Part shown: piece by piece, positions 1 to 9,330 of the stretch | Position numbering within the stretch: the first letter of the stretch is position 1 | Layout of the letters: each line of letters begins with the position of its first letter | Source of the DNA: an uncultured Gammaproteobacteria bacterium | GTDB lineage: Bacteria > Pseudomonadota > Gammaproteobacteria > Arenicellales > Arenicellaceae | Length of the DNA: 64,000 nt | Assembly (NCBI GenBank): GCA_964455815.1 | Contig: CAYVYS010000007.1 | Coordinates: 2,887 to 66,886, forward strand | Direction of reading: 5' to 3' | The notes under the pieces: model-generated | Told to the model about the DNA's origin: nothing | Seen by the model: the letters and a program-made list of their open reading frames with translations, nothing else | Databases searched by the model: none | Translations under genes and position numbers: made by a program

Positions 1-87
1 AGGAAAGTGGCGACTGATTCTCGATTAAGTTGCAAGCTAGGCTTAATGCCCGTGTTTAACGCTTGCGTTGAGAACAGTCTCTCCTTT

Positions 88-375
88 CTATTCGACGATG
101 CCGACGATATCGTCTTCGCGCATTACTAATAACTCTTCACCGTCAACTTTGACTTCTGTGCCAGCGTATTTGCCGAACAATACAGTATCGCCAACTTTGA
201 CTTCTAGCGGGCGAACGTCGCCGCTTTCTAGAATTTTGCCATTGCCGGCGGCGACGATTTCACCTTGAACCGGTTTTTCTTTGGCAGAGTCAGTTAGGAT
301 AATGCCACCTGCTGAGGTTTCTTCTTCTTCGTTGCGACGAACAAGAACGCGATCATGAAGTGGACGAATAGCCAT
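88..375 (-). CDS. groES: Co-chaperonin GroES
   Basis: 95-aa ORF starting [12 protein letters not shown], with mobile loop [14 protein letters not shown] and C-terminal [11 protein letters not shown]. groEL presumably lies left of the window. Confidence 0.98.
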   Translation of the reverse strand: MAIRPLHDRVLVRRNEEEETSAGGIILTDSAKEKPVQGEIVAAGNGKILESGDVRPLEVKVGDTVLFGKYAGTEVKVDGEELLVMREDDIVGIVE

Positions 376-434
376 TCGTTAGCCTCCAAATAAATAAAAA
401 ATAAATGCTAATGTTTGTATGCGCTGAGCGTAAA

Positions 435-461
435 TTAGCACTCAGCCTTAGGGAGTGCTAA
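435..461. promoter_or_regulatory. CIRCE element (HrcA operator)
   Basis: TTAGCACTC-AGCCTTAGG-GAGTGCTAA is an exact match to the TTAGCACTC-N9-GAGTGCTAA consensus, about 60 bp upstream of the groES start. Confidence 0.92.
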
Positions 462-463
462 TA

Positions 464-489
464 ATAGGGATGAAGTGTTTAATGTCAAG
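464..489 (-). promoter_or_regulatory. Sigma32-type heat-shock promoter for groES
   Basis: Minus strand reads CTTGAC-N14-CCCTAT, close to the RpoH consensus CTTGAA-N13/14-CCCCAT, and directly abuts the CIRCE. Confidence 0.6.
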
Positions 490-534
490 CGTTTGGTGCG
501 CATTCTTTGAGCAAAATTGTGCGAGATAACTCAC

Positions 535-999
535 TTAGCGTTTTTGCTCGGGCGGAATGACCTCGCCTTCAATGACATCGCCGGTTGCGCGTTCGGCTTG
601 CATTGGTGAGCTGGTCGCTGAGTAAACGGTGTGTACCTGACCTTTCATCAAATGAGTTGCCACCCAACGAATAAGGCCTTGGCGGATTGGTGGAATTAGC
701 AGTGCAAAGCCGAGCGCATCGGTCATAAACCCAGGTGTAAGCAATACCGCGCCAGCAAATAATAAGGCAACACCCTCGGCCATTGGCATGGCTGGCACAC
801 GGCCAGCGTTGGTTTCATCGCGCACTTTATTGATCGTGGCAAACCCTTGCATGCGCACTAGGTAGGCTCCAAGCACAGCGGTGAAGATCACAAACGCAAT
901 GGTGTTAAACACACCGATCGAAGTTCCCACCCGCAGCAATAAGGTGATTTCTATGATGGGTACCGCAACAAAAAGTATAAGTAGCAGCAGAAAGGGCAT
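535..999 (-). CDS. fxsA: FxsA family membrane protein
   Basis: Motifs VPIIEITLL and LLTPGFMTDALG, acidic tail GDVIEGE; adjacent to groES as is typical. Confidence 0.9.
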   Translation of the reverse strand: MPFLLLLILFVAVPIIEITLLLRVGTSIGVFNTIAFVIFTAVLGAYLVRMQGFATINKVRDETNAGRVPAMPMAEGVALLFAGAVLLTPGFMTDALGFALLIPPIRQGLIRWVATHLMKGQVHTVYSATSSPMQAERATGDVIEGEVIPPEQKR

Positions 1000-1132
1000 A
1001 AGTAGTTAGAATTCGATAAGTGGTTAGATTAGACAGCAGGTTTGCTTAGGCAATTATCTCTTTTTTATAAAGCCTAATTTTCTAAATTCAATGTAAGGGC
1101 TTTCATGCAACATATTGTATGACGCTGATAAT

Positions 1133-1450
1133 CTAAAGCGCATCACCGCATTGCCAGCACAGATCAAAGCTACCCGGATTTGCTTCGTCACAGGTTTTGC
1201 ATTGCCAGTCGTCGCGATCGCTACGATCTTCATTGAGCTCTTCAAGTAGGCGCAGCGCTTGCAAACGATAGGGCTCTGGCACATATATTTCAGGGTGAGT
1301 CTCAACGAAAGGCAGTTCGCCGATTGCCGACGACGTATGGTAGTTACGCATTTGCGTAGGGATATTGTGTTGCTCCAGTAAGTTCTGAAACAAACCGGCG
1401 TCAACAATGCTGGCGCCGGTATAGACTTTCACAAAGACCGTCTTAGCCAC
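1133..1450 (-). CDS. DUF2007-like (putative signal-transducing) protein with C-terminal zinc ribbon
   Basis: N-terminal 'AGLFQNLLEQHNIP..RN' and 'PEIYV' pattern; C-terminal W-x-C-x2-C-x3-N-x6-C-x2-C (WQCKTCDEANPGSFDLCWQCG). Confidence 0.72.
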   Translation of the reverse strand: MAKTVFVKVYTGASIVDAGLFQNLLEQHNIPTQMRNYHTSSAIGELPFVETHPEIYVPEPYRLQALRLLEELNEDRSDRDDWQCKTCDEANPGSFDLCWQCGDAL

Positions 1451-2486
1451 CGCTTACGACAAGCTGGGTGTGGCGACGATACCAGGTGTTTTTGAATACA
1501 TCATGAGCTTCATTCGGCGCGAATCGAAACACATCGCCGTTGATTTCAAAAAACACATCGGTGTTTTGATTGTTTTTTTGCAGCTCAAGTGTGTCTTCTT
1601 TATTGATGCATACCTGGCCCTGAATAGGGTTTTTACTAAACTGACGAAACTTGAGTGAACCGAAAACTCGCACACCGCCAACGCCACCTTTGGTATAGGC
1701 GCGGTAGCGAAAACAGCGATTCGCTAAGCGATACACTTTCGGCGTGCTTTGTGGGCCACTTTGCACAGTGTTTTGATTTGGTGACTCGAATCTAGGCTTT
1801 GGAGTCGCCACTTTAACGGCGGCAGCAGCACCAGTAATTGGGAATCGCTGACTCTCACCATTAGGGTTGATAATGGTCACATCTCGGGCGAACAAGTCAA
1901 TGCGAATGCGCTCCGCCGTGTACTGATTGCTTAACAGCACACTATTGCTTTCGCGCGCGACTTCATCGAACTGCGAGACACCTTTACGCGCATTGTCTAA
2001 CCGCCATTGCTTTTCACCGGTTTGTTGCAGCACGGAACGACCAAACGCTACGCGCGATACATTCGCCGCACTCACATTCGAATCAATTCTTGGTGCTGTT
2101 TGATTAAACGGCCGCGGGCTGTCGAAACGACGATCGCTTTGTGGGCGAACGTCGACCACTTTTATTGAGCTGACTTTATCGTCCCAAAACCGATCAAAAC
2201 AACGAATATCACGATCAATATTCGCGAAGTCGCCTTTAAAATCGTCGTGTTCGTAAATACGCACTTCAAAGCCTTCGGGAACACGAATCGATGAAATGCG
2301 ATCATTTTTGAAATTCACTTTACCCATGTTGCCATGCTCACCGGGCTCTACCTGCGCGGCGTCACCCCCAAAGTTGCAAAAGTCATAAATTTGTACGCCT
2401 TCAGTTTGAGCGTGTATAGCCTGACCATAAAATGCCATGCCAGCCGCAACGGTAATAACAAAGGTTTTGATTGATCGTATAAACAT
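1443..2486 (-). CDS. Secreted multidomain protein with N-terminal beta/gamma-crystallin domain
   Basis: Start at 2486 has a GGAG RBS and gives a signal peptide (..AIHA). Two Greek-key repeats with Ca2+-type N/D-D-x-x-S-S motifs (NDRISSIRV, DDKVSSIKV) and 'IYEHDDFKG'; two further unassigned domains follow. Confidence 0.72.
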   Translation of the reverse strand: MFIRSIKTFVITVAAGMAFYGQAIHAQTEGVQIYDFCNFGGDAAQVEPGEHGNMGKVNFKNDRISSIRVPEGFEVRIYEHDDFKGDFANIDRDIRCFDRFWDDKVSSIKVVDVRPQSDRRFDSPRPFNQTAPRIDSNVSAANVSRVAFGRSVLQQTGEKQWRLDNARKGVSQFDEVARESNSVLLSNQYTAERIRIDLFARDVTIINPNGESQRFPITGAAAAVKVATPKPRFESPNQNTVQSGPQSTPKVYRLANRCFRYRAYTKGGVGGVRVFGSLKFRQFSKNPIQGQVCINKEDTLELQKNNQNTDVFFEINGDVFRFAPNEAHDVFKNTWYRRHTQLVVSGG

Positions 2487-2643
2487 AACAACTCCATAAC
2501 AATGACCAGAACTTAGTGTAGCAGAGGCGAACAATGATAAACTTATTACCCCTCACTAATTAGCTATTATTAACATGCTGGCTTAACGCAAACTGAATCA
2601 GTTGGTGAGCTCGCGAGCCAGCCGCGAATGTCTTTCAAATAAG

Positions 2644-3711
2644 ATGAGTAAATTTTGGTCTGACATTGTTGCTGAATTAACGCCCTATACGCCTGGTGAA
2701 CAGCCCCGGGTAGATGGCTTAATCAAGCTCAATACTAATGAGAACCCCTATGGCCCTTCGCCTAAAGTGCTCTCCGCAATTCGCTCAGCGGCAAGTGATA
2801 ATCTGCGCAAATACCCCGACCCGAATGCGAGCGCGCTAAAAAAGACCATCGCTCACTACTATGGCTTGGATGCCAACCAGGTGTTTGTTGGCAATAGTTC
2901 TGATGAAGTCTTGGGGCATGTTTTTCGTGGCCTGTTAAAAAAGGCTAAGCCGCTATTATTCCCAGATATCACTTATAGTTTTTACCCGGTTTATTGTGGC
3001 CTCTTTGATATCGACTATCGACAGATTCCACTGCGGGATGACTTTTCAATCTCGGTTGATGACTATGCTGGTGAAGCCGGTGGCGTTATTTTTGCCAACC
3101 CAAATGCGCCAACTGGCTTGATGCTGCCAGTAAGAGAAATCGAAACACTTTTAGCACGCTTATCCGAGTCACAATCCGGTGCGGTATTGGTTGTTGATGA
3201 GGCCTATGTGGATTTCGCTGATGAAAGCGCCATTAGCTTGATTGAGGAGCACTCCAATTTACTGGTCACGCAAACGCTTTCTAAATCGCGAAGCCTGGCA
3301 GGCTTGCGTGTTGGTTTGGCATTAGGGCAGGCGCATTTGATAGAGGCCTTAGAGCGAGTTAAAAATAGTTTTCACCCTTATGCGCTCGATGCGCTGGCGC
3401 TAGCTGGCGCTGAAGCAGCGTTTGCTGACAACGATTATTTTCAAGCATGTCGTACCAAAATCATTAACACCCGAGAGAAGTTTAGCCGCGAGCTTAACGA
3501 AATGGGTTTTTCGGTATTAGCGTCGCAAGCCAACTTTGTATTCGCTTCGCACCCTGATAAAAATGCGCGCGATATTTTCAATACCCTAAGAGCAGAAAAA
3601 GTATTGGTGCGCTATTTTGATAAACCTCGCATCGATAATTTTATTCGCATCAGCATTGGCACTGAGGAAGAAATGTCGGCAGTGAGCCAAGTACTTAAGT
3701 CGAAAAATTAG
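2644..3711 (+). CDS. hisC: Histidinol-phosphate aminotransferase (class II PLP aminotransferase)
   Basis: KLNTNENPYGPSP, RKYPDP, NPNAPTG, VVDEAYVDF, TLSKSRSLAGLRVG (PLP lysine). Start moved to MSKFWS at 2644. Confidence 0.92.
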   Translation: MSKFWSDIVAELTPYTPGEQPRVDGLIKLNTNENPYGPSPKVLSAIRSAASDNLRKYPDPNASALKKTIAHYYGLDANQVFVGNSSDEVLGHVFRGLLKKAKPLLFPDITYSFYPVYCGLFDIDYRQIPLRDDFSISVDDYAGEAGGVIFANPNAPTGLMLPVREIETLLARLSESQSGAVLVVDEAYVDFADESAISLIEEHSNLLVTQTLSKSRSLAGLRVGLALGQAHLIEALERVKNSFHPYALDALALAGAEAAFADNDYFQACRTKIINTREKFSRELNEMGFSVLASQANFVFASHPDKNARDIFNTLRAEKVLVRYFDKPRIDNFIRISIGTEEEMSAVSQVLKSKN

Positions 3712-4571
3712 GCCTGTCTGACGAGCAAGGCATCCTTTAAAGACTGCTGCTGGTCAGCGTTAAACGCCAGCACTTGCTCAGCATAATTCGCAAAGCCCTG
3801 GTAAGTCTGCTCCACATAGTTGAGCAATGTCTCTATATAACTTGGGTTGGCTTCAAACACCGGGGCAATAACATCGCTTGGGTATTGTCGCAATCGATTC
3901 TGCAAATCACTAAACTCATCGGCATTAGCAGCCCCGGCGGCTCGAAAGTGATCGAGCAATTTGTGTACTTCCTGCTGCGTTAATAGATAATCCTCAATGA
4001 TGTCGTCGCGACTCACGCCCAGCAAACCTAAAATAAGCGCGGCGCCAACTCCCGTGCGATCTTTACCAGCGGCGCAATGAAATATCAGCGGAGTCTCGCC
4101 AGCGATCAAGCGATCTAACATGGCTCGATAAATACCTTTGTGCGAATAAAGTTTGACCGGATAATTAACTCGCATGGCCTCGCGCACTTGTTCGGCATCG
4201 CCAGTGTCCAGAGCCTGACGCCAGGACATTTTGATCTCTTCAGCCGAATCCTCTGCTTGCTCTTCAAGCTGATAATAATCTTGCCATTCGATAATGTCGG
4301 CCTTCGGTAGAGCTTGACGATTGGTCGGGAAACCTCGAGTTTCTTCGTTGAAACGCAAATCAACCACCGTTGCGATTTGTAAATCTTGTAAACTTTGCAC
4401 GCCTTGCTTGCTAGGGCGATCTAACTGACCAGCACGAAACACCTTGCCCCACTTTACTTGGCGACCGTTTTCAGTTTGATAACCACCAAGATCGCGAAAA
4501 TTAACGACACCATCTATTGGTAAAAATCGGCTGGTTGATGGCTGGACTTGATTCATGACAGGTTTGGACAT
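3708..4571 (-). CDS. Tyrosine-protein phosphatase (Y_phosphatase3 / PtpB-like)
   Basis: NFRDLGGY, VVDLR and P-loop FHCAAGKDRTG, plus DYLLT. Start codon uncertain (4640, 4571 or 4556). Confidence 0.86.
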   Translation of the reverse strand: MSKPVMNQVQPSTSRFLPIDGVVNFRDLGGYQTENGRQVKWGKVFRAGQLDRPSKQGVQSLQDLQIATVVDLRFNEETRGFPTNRQALPKADIIEWQDYYQLEEQAEDSAEEIKMSWRQALDTGDAEQVREAMRVNYPVKLYSHKGIYRAMLDRLIAGETPLIFHCAAGKDRTGVGAALILGLLGVSRDDIIEDYLLTQQEVHKLLDHFRAAGAANADEFSDLQNRLRQYPSDVIAPVFEANPSYIETLLNYVEQTYQGFANYAEQVLAFNADQQQSLKDALLVRQA

Positions 4572-4688
4572 TGCATCTTGATAATCGAGAAATTGGCTCA
4601 ATAATGGCACAATAGCAAGTAAAGGTGACAGCCTAATCACTTGCGCTCGGTCTTAACTAGCTATTGAATGACTTAACTCCCTTATCTA

Positions 4689-6503
4689 ATGTCTTTTTCT
4701 AATCTTATGCATGGCCGTTGTTTGGCTGCGTTGCTGGTACTCACGCTGGCTGGCTTGGTGTTTAGCAGCCCGAGTTCTGCCCAGTTCTGGAAGCAAAAGC
4801 AGCCTGAGCTATTAGCTGAAGATCAAGCCTTTGTGCACGATACGCGGCTTGAAGGGAATGAGCTAGTGGTCGATTGGCTGATAGCCAACGACTATTACAT
4901 GTATCGCGATCAGTTCGGTGTGCAAAACACCAATAGCGGGCTGAGTTTTGGTGAGCCAACTTATCCTAAAGGGGTTATTGAGGAAGACCCTGAATTTGGC
5001 GAAGTTGAAGTGTATTTTACCGATGTTTCTTATCGTTTACCGATCACGGCGATTCCTGAAGGGCAAAAGCAAGTATCGATAACTCTCTTAGCCCAAGGCT
5101 GTAACAAACCAGTTGGCGTTTGTTACCCACCACAGTTTCGCGCCATCAATTTAGATTTAAGCGACGTCGATTTAAGCGCTGTGGCAAAAGCTACCAGCAC
5201 GGCTAACGCGTCAGCTGATTCCGCTACTGGCTTTAGTGCGGATGAAGGCACTAGCGATAAATCTTATTGGGCGTATGTGTTAGCAGCATTTGGCGCAGGC
5301 TTATTATTGAGCTTTACTCCCTGTGTACTGCCGATGATCCCGATCTTGGCTGGCGTGATCGCAGGGCAAGAAAACCCATCGCGGGCTCGTGCGGGCTGGC
5401 TATCGATTTGTTACGTCGCTGGCACGATTGTGACTTATGGAATCGCTGGTTGGATCGCTGGCGCGACCGGCACCCAACTGCAAGCGCATTTTCAAAACCC
5501 CTGGGTTATCGGTTTTATCTGCGTGTTGTTATTAACGCTTGCAGCATCCTTGTTTGGTGTCTTTAAGATTCAGCTGCCCTCCAGTATTCAAACACGACTC
5601 AGTAGCACCGCCGTGTCATCACGATCGGCATCAATATCAACTTTCTTTCTAGGTTTAATTTCGGCCTTAGTGGTCGGTGCTTGTGTATCGCCTATTTTGA
5701 TTATTAACCTAGGCGCCGCGATTGCTCAAGGTGACCCTGTGCTGGGCGCGAGCATAATGAGCACCATGGCACTGGGTATGGGTTTGCTATTAATCGCCTT
5801 TGGCTTTGGCGCCGGATGGTTATTACCCAGGGCCGGAGCCTGGATGAATGAAGTGCAAATTTTATTCGGCTTCATGGTGATTGGCGTTGCGATTTATTTA
5901 GCCAGCTTTTTAAACGGTGTGCCCGCATTGTTTTTGTGGGCTGGCTTACTAATCTGGGCGGGAGTGTACATCTTCAAGTTGGCTGATCGCTTTAGCTCTA
6001 ATCTGTTAAGCTCGATTATCAAGTCGGCTTCTATTGGCTTGCTAATCTGGGGCGGTATGAGTTTGGTTGGTGCCAGCGCCGGTGGCGACAATATCTTAAA
6101 GCCGCTTGATTCGGTATTTGCTGGGGAAGCTAAGAAAGCCAAGGTGCCATTTGATCGTGTGACCACATTGACCGCCGCCAAAGAATTATTGAATCAGGCT
6201 AAACAACAACAAAAGCCGGTGTTAATCGACTTTTACGCCGATTGGTGTTTGGACTGTGTGCGAATGGCACGTACGACCTTCACTGAGCCATCGGTACATG
6301 AGGCGCTCGGCAGCTGGCAGCTGATCGAAGTCGACGTAACTGACACCAATGATGACAGCGAAGCACTGAAAAAATTCTTTGGCGTATTTGGCCCACCAGC
6401 CACCATTTATGTAGCGCCTAATGGCGAGGAATATCAAGGTTTGCGCCAATATGGTTATATGAATGAGCAGGCTTTTTTGTCTCGCTTAAACAGAGCTAAC
6501 TAA
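4689..6503 (+). CDS. dsbD: Thiol:disulfide interchange protein DsbD
   Basis: Three-domain Cys pattern: QGCNKPVGVCYPP (alpha), TPCVLPM and GACVSP (transmembrane beta), DFYADWCLDC (thioredoxin gamma). Confidence 0.94.
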   Translation: MSFSNLMHGRCLAALLVLTLAGLVFSSPSSAQFWKQKQPELLAEDQAFVHDTRLEGNELVVDWLIANDYYMYRDQFGVQNTNSGLSFGEPTYPKGVIEEDPEFGEVEVYFTDVSYRLPITAIPEGQKQVSITLLAQGCNKPVGVCYPPQFRAINLDLSDVDLSAVAKATSTANASADSATGFSADEGTSDKSYWAYVLAAFGAGLLLSFTPCVLPMIPILAGVIAGQENPSRARAGWLSICYVAGTIVTYGIAGWIAGATGTQLQAHFQNPWVIGFICVLLLTLAASLFGVFKIQLPSSIQTRLSSTAVSSRSASISTFFLGLISALVVGACVSPILIINLGAAIAQGDPVLGASIMSTMALGMGLLLIAFGFGAGWLLPRAGAWMNEVQILFGFMVIGVAIYLASFLNGVPALFLWAGLLIWAGVYIFKLADRFSSNLLSSIIKSASIGLLIWGGMSLVGASAGGDNILKPLDSVFAGEAKKAKVPFDRVTTLTAAKELLNQAKQQQKPVLIDFYADWCLDCVRMARTTFTEPSVHEALGSWQLIEVDVTDTNDDSEALKKFFGVFGPPATIYVAPNGEEYQGLRQYGYMNEQAFLSRLNRAN

Positions 6504-7034
6504 ATGTCGGCACAAACTAAAATTCTGTTGGTGGTCGCGGCACTGATCGCGTTTGTGATTGGTGCAGCATTAAATCGGGGGCAAATAGAACAAACTGAAC
6601 AGGCGTCAGCCTTGCTAAATGCCGAGCTTGAAAAATTCCAACCTGGGCAAGAAGCACAAACACAAGCAATACGAGAGGCCTTAGGATCTCTTAATTTGGT
6701 TAACTTTTGGGCGACCTGGTGTGCGCCATGTCGGGAAGAAATGCCGCTTTTCGAATCAATGTACCGACTGCATCAGCAAGACGGCTTTAGGGTGCTTGGT
6801 ATCGCTATTGATAACCCCGAACGGGCCCAGCCTTTTTTGGATTCTTTAGATATAAGCTACCCAATTTTGTATGCCGAACAAACCGGTATGACATTGATGG
6901 AACAAAGCGGTAATCCCCAAGGTTTATTGCCTTATAGCCTATTAATTGACGACCAGGGTGTGATTCTTGAGCAAAAGCTCGGCGTGATTGATCAGGCTCA
7001 GATTCAAAGCTGGATTGATCAATACGGCTCATGA
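6504..7034 (+). CDS. TlpA/ResA-family thiol-disulfide oxidoreductase
   Basis: VNFWATWCAPCREEMP motif and N-terminal membrane anchor; abuts the dsbD stop. Confidence 0.88.
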   Translation: MSAQTKILLVVAALIAFVIGAALNRGQIEQTEQASALLNAELEKFQPGQEAQTQAIREALGSLNLVNFWATWCAPCREEMPLFESMYRLHQQDGFRVLGIAIDNPERAQPFLDSLDISYPILYAEQTGMTLMEQSGNPQGLLPYSLLIDDQGVILEQKLGVIDQAQIQSWIDQYGS

Positions 7035-7897
7035 GTTGGCAGCAAGCGACCTTTGTTGTTAGCGCTTCTGAGGCCGACAAGCTGAGCAATATACTGGAAG
7101 GGTTTCTAGCGCAGGCCATCACCTCAGAGAACGCCGGTGAGGATGAATTCTATGAAGTAGCCTTTCCAGGTAAACCTGATTGGCAAACGGTACGTCTAAC
7201 TGCTTTGTTCGATGGTGAAGTTGACCTCAGCAAAATCGTCGATTTTGTGCAATCGCATTTTCAACCTGAAGTACCCGTCAGTATTGAAAGATTATTGGAT
7301 CAGGATTGGGAGCGAGTCTGGCTAGAGTCATTTAAGCCAATTCAGGTCGGGCATGAACTATGGGTTTGCCCTTCGTGGTGTGAGCCAGAGCAACCACAAG
7401 AACGAAATATTATTCTCGACCCGGGACTGGCTTTTGGCACTGGCACACACGCGACCACACATATGTGCTTACAGTGGTTAGCTAGCCAGAATCTCAGCGG
7501 GCAAAAGGTGCTCGATTACGGTGCCGGTTCAGGCTTGCTGGCCATTGCCGCGCTGTTTAGTAATGCCGCAATGGCTGACGCGGTAGACATTGACCCGCTG
7601 GCGGTGCAAGCCTCGCGCGACAATGCTAAACGCAACCAGGTAGGCTCACAACTAGAGGCATATTTACCATCAGATTTACCTGCTGCGCGGCGCTATCCAT
7701 TGGTCATCGCCAATATCCTTGCAGAAGTTATTATTGAATTGCGCGACACCTTGCTGCTACATTTGCAACCGGGCGGCACGCTTTTGCTCACTGGTATCCT
7801 AGAATCACAAGCATCCCGGGTCGAAAAAGCGTTTGCCGTATCTCTCGAATTTGAACGACAACAACAAGATCAATGGTGCTTATTAATTGGCCGTTGA
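7031..7897 (+). CDS. prmA: Ribosomal protein L11 methyltransferase
   Basis: DQDWERVW, LDPGLAFGTGTHATT, VLDYGAGSG, ANILA, LTGILE. Confidence 0.96.
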   Translation: MSWQQATFVVSASEADKLSNILEGFLAQAITSENAGEDEFYEVAFPGKPDWQTVRLTALFDGEVDLSKIVDFVQSHFQPEVPVSIERLLDQDWERVWLESFKPIQVGHELWVCPSWCEPEQPQERNIILDPGLAFGTGTHATTHMCLQWLASQNLSGQKVLDYGAGSGLLAIAALFSNAAMADAVDIDPLAVQASRDNAKRNQVGSQLEAYLPSDLPAARRYPLVIANILAEVIIELRDTLLLHLQPGGTLLLTGILESQASRVEKAFAVSLEFERQQQDQWCLLIGR

Positions 7898-7915
7898 GGA
7901 AACTTTTTATCGCCC

Positions 7916-9181
7916 ATGGCGCTGCACAAAACTCAATGCCCGCATTGCTTCACTAGCTATGTAATTAGTGACGAGCAATATCGCGTGTCTCAGGGAATGG
8001 TGCGCTGTGGAACCTGCCGCGAGCGTTTTCAAGCGCATCTGGACACCGAAGGCGAAATCCCCAAGTTCGACCCTCGTAAGGTTTTTATCGAACCATTAAC
8101 GCAGGAACCTGAAGAAGAGATTGAGGAAGTTAGTACGCCGATTCGTTTTACCGACATCAAAAACCTGGACGCTTCGCGTGAATTTTCGATGCACTCAGAA
8201 TTGAGTATCGGTTTCGCAGAAGCTCATGCAGAAGCCGAGCTAGCGAAAGGACTCAGCACCGAAAAAATTATCACTAACATCAAGGCAAAGAAGCAACGTT
8301 ATGATCAGGATAAGGGCGATAGCAAAACAGAAGCCTCTAGCCAAATTGAGGCCTCTAGCCAGTCCACAGCTCAAACGCCACCAAACACTACAGCTGAGCC
8401 AGCCATACAGGCCGAGCCAGCGACGACTCCTGCAGCATCGGTGGCGAATGTTCCAGTTTCTCAAGCATCAACCCCGGAGCCGGATGATGCCAAGTTGATT
8501 GACGAAGTGGACTCGTTGATTGCCGATAAATTGCTCAATGAAAACGGTGCCGCAAAGAGCTCAGCCGTAGTCAACGATCGCCTAGAATCTGATCCTGGCA
8601 GTTCGCAATTTCTTGATGCTGAGGATGATGAATCAGAAGCACCGTTTTCTTTGGATGCTTCAGAGCGCTCAGGTAAAATGAGCCGTTGGTTACTCGCTCC
8701 TGTGCTATTGATAGCCTGTGTCGGTCTGGCCGCGAGCCTGGTGTATCAGCTTTGGCTGCAGCAGGGCGTTTGGTTCAACCCAGGCTCGAGCGCCGAGCGT
8801 TTTGTTACCAGTGTTGCGAGTGAATTTGCCGGGCGAGTCTCACAAAGCAATGTCGCTTTGCCGGTGCGCCGAGACTTAAGCAAAATGGAATTGGTGTCGG
8901 CCAGAACTCGGCCTCATCCAACGCGGTCTTCCACCATTTTGTTACAAGTTGGGTTGATTAATCACGCTGAAATAGAACAAAGCATGCCGTGGTTGGAGTT
9001 AACCCTATTCAGTGCTCAAGGAAATCTGTTGTCGCGCCGAAACTTATCGCCCGAGGATTATGCATACAACAATGATTTGGATGCCATGATGAGTTCGCGA
9101 GAATATCGCCGACTGGCAATCGAATTGTTAGCCTTTCCCAAAAATGCCACTGGCTATGAATTGAAGTTGTTAAGCCAATAA
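7916..9181 (+). CDS. Zinc-ribbon (MJ0042-type) and DUF3426 domain membrane protein
   Basis: CPHCFT..VRCGTC N-terminus, acidic linker, one TM helix, C-terminal WLELTL..LSRRNLSPEDY; conserved prmA-X-dusB position. Confidence 0.85.
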   Translation: MALHKTQCPHCFTSYVISDEQYRVSQGMVRCGTCRERFQAHLDTEGEIPKFDPRKVFIEPLTQEPEEEIEEVSTPIRFTDIKNLDASREFSMHSELSIGFAEAHAEAELAKGLSTEKIITNIKAKKQRYDQDKGDSKTEASSQIEASSQSTAQTPPNTTAEPAIQAEPATTPAASVANVPVSQASTPEPDDAKLIDEVDSLIADKLLNENGAAKSSAVVNDRLESDPGSSQFLDAEDDESEAPFSLDASERSGKMSRWLLAPVLLIACVGLAASLVYQLWLQQGVWFNPGSSAERFVTSVASEFAGRVSQSNVALPVRRDLSKMELVSARTRPHPTRSSTILLQVGLINHAEIEQSMPWLELTLFSAQGNLLSRRNLSPEDYAYNNDLDAMMSSREYRRLAIELLAFPKNATGYELKLLSQ

Positions 9182-9191
9182 CGTCTAAAGT

Positions 9192-9206
9192 GATTAAAAT
9201 TTAGCC
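9192..9206. promoter_or_regulatory. Possible Fis-binding site upstream of dusB-fis
   Basis: GATTAAAATTTAGCC fits the G-N-T-Y-A-W5-T-R-A-N-C Fis consensus with one mismatch. Fis autoregulation of dusB-fis is known in enterobacteria. Confidence 0.3.
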
Positions 9207-9330
9207 ATTATTTTAATTGAGTCACTTGTTCACTTAGTGACCCAACAGTATTATTTGTCGTCCTCTTTTGGCAGTGTTTAAACACCGCCCATAAAAAATA
9301 TAACAAACACAAACTTTACATCTTCGGCGC

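Noticed and set aside
8328-8362. EASSQ-EASSQ short duplication in the DUF3426 linker
   Set aside because: Ordinary low-complexity variation in a disordered linker.
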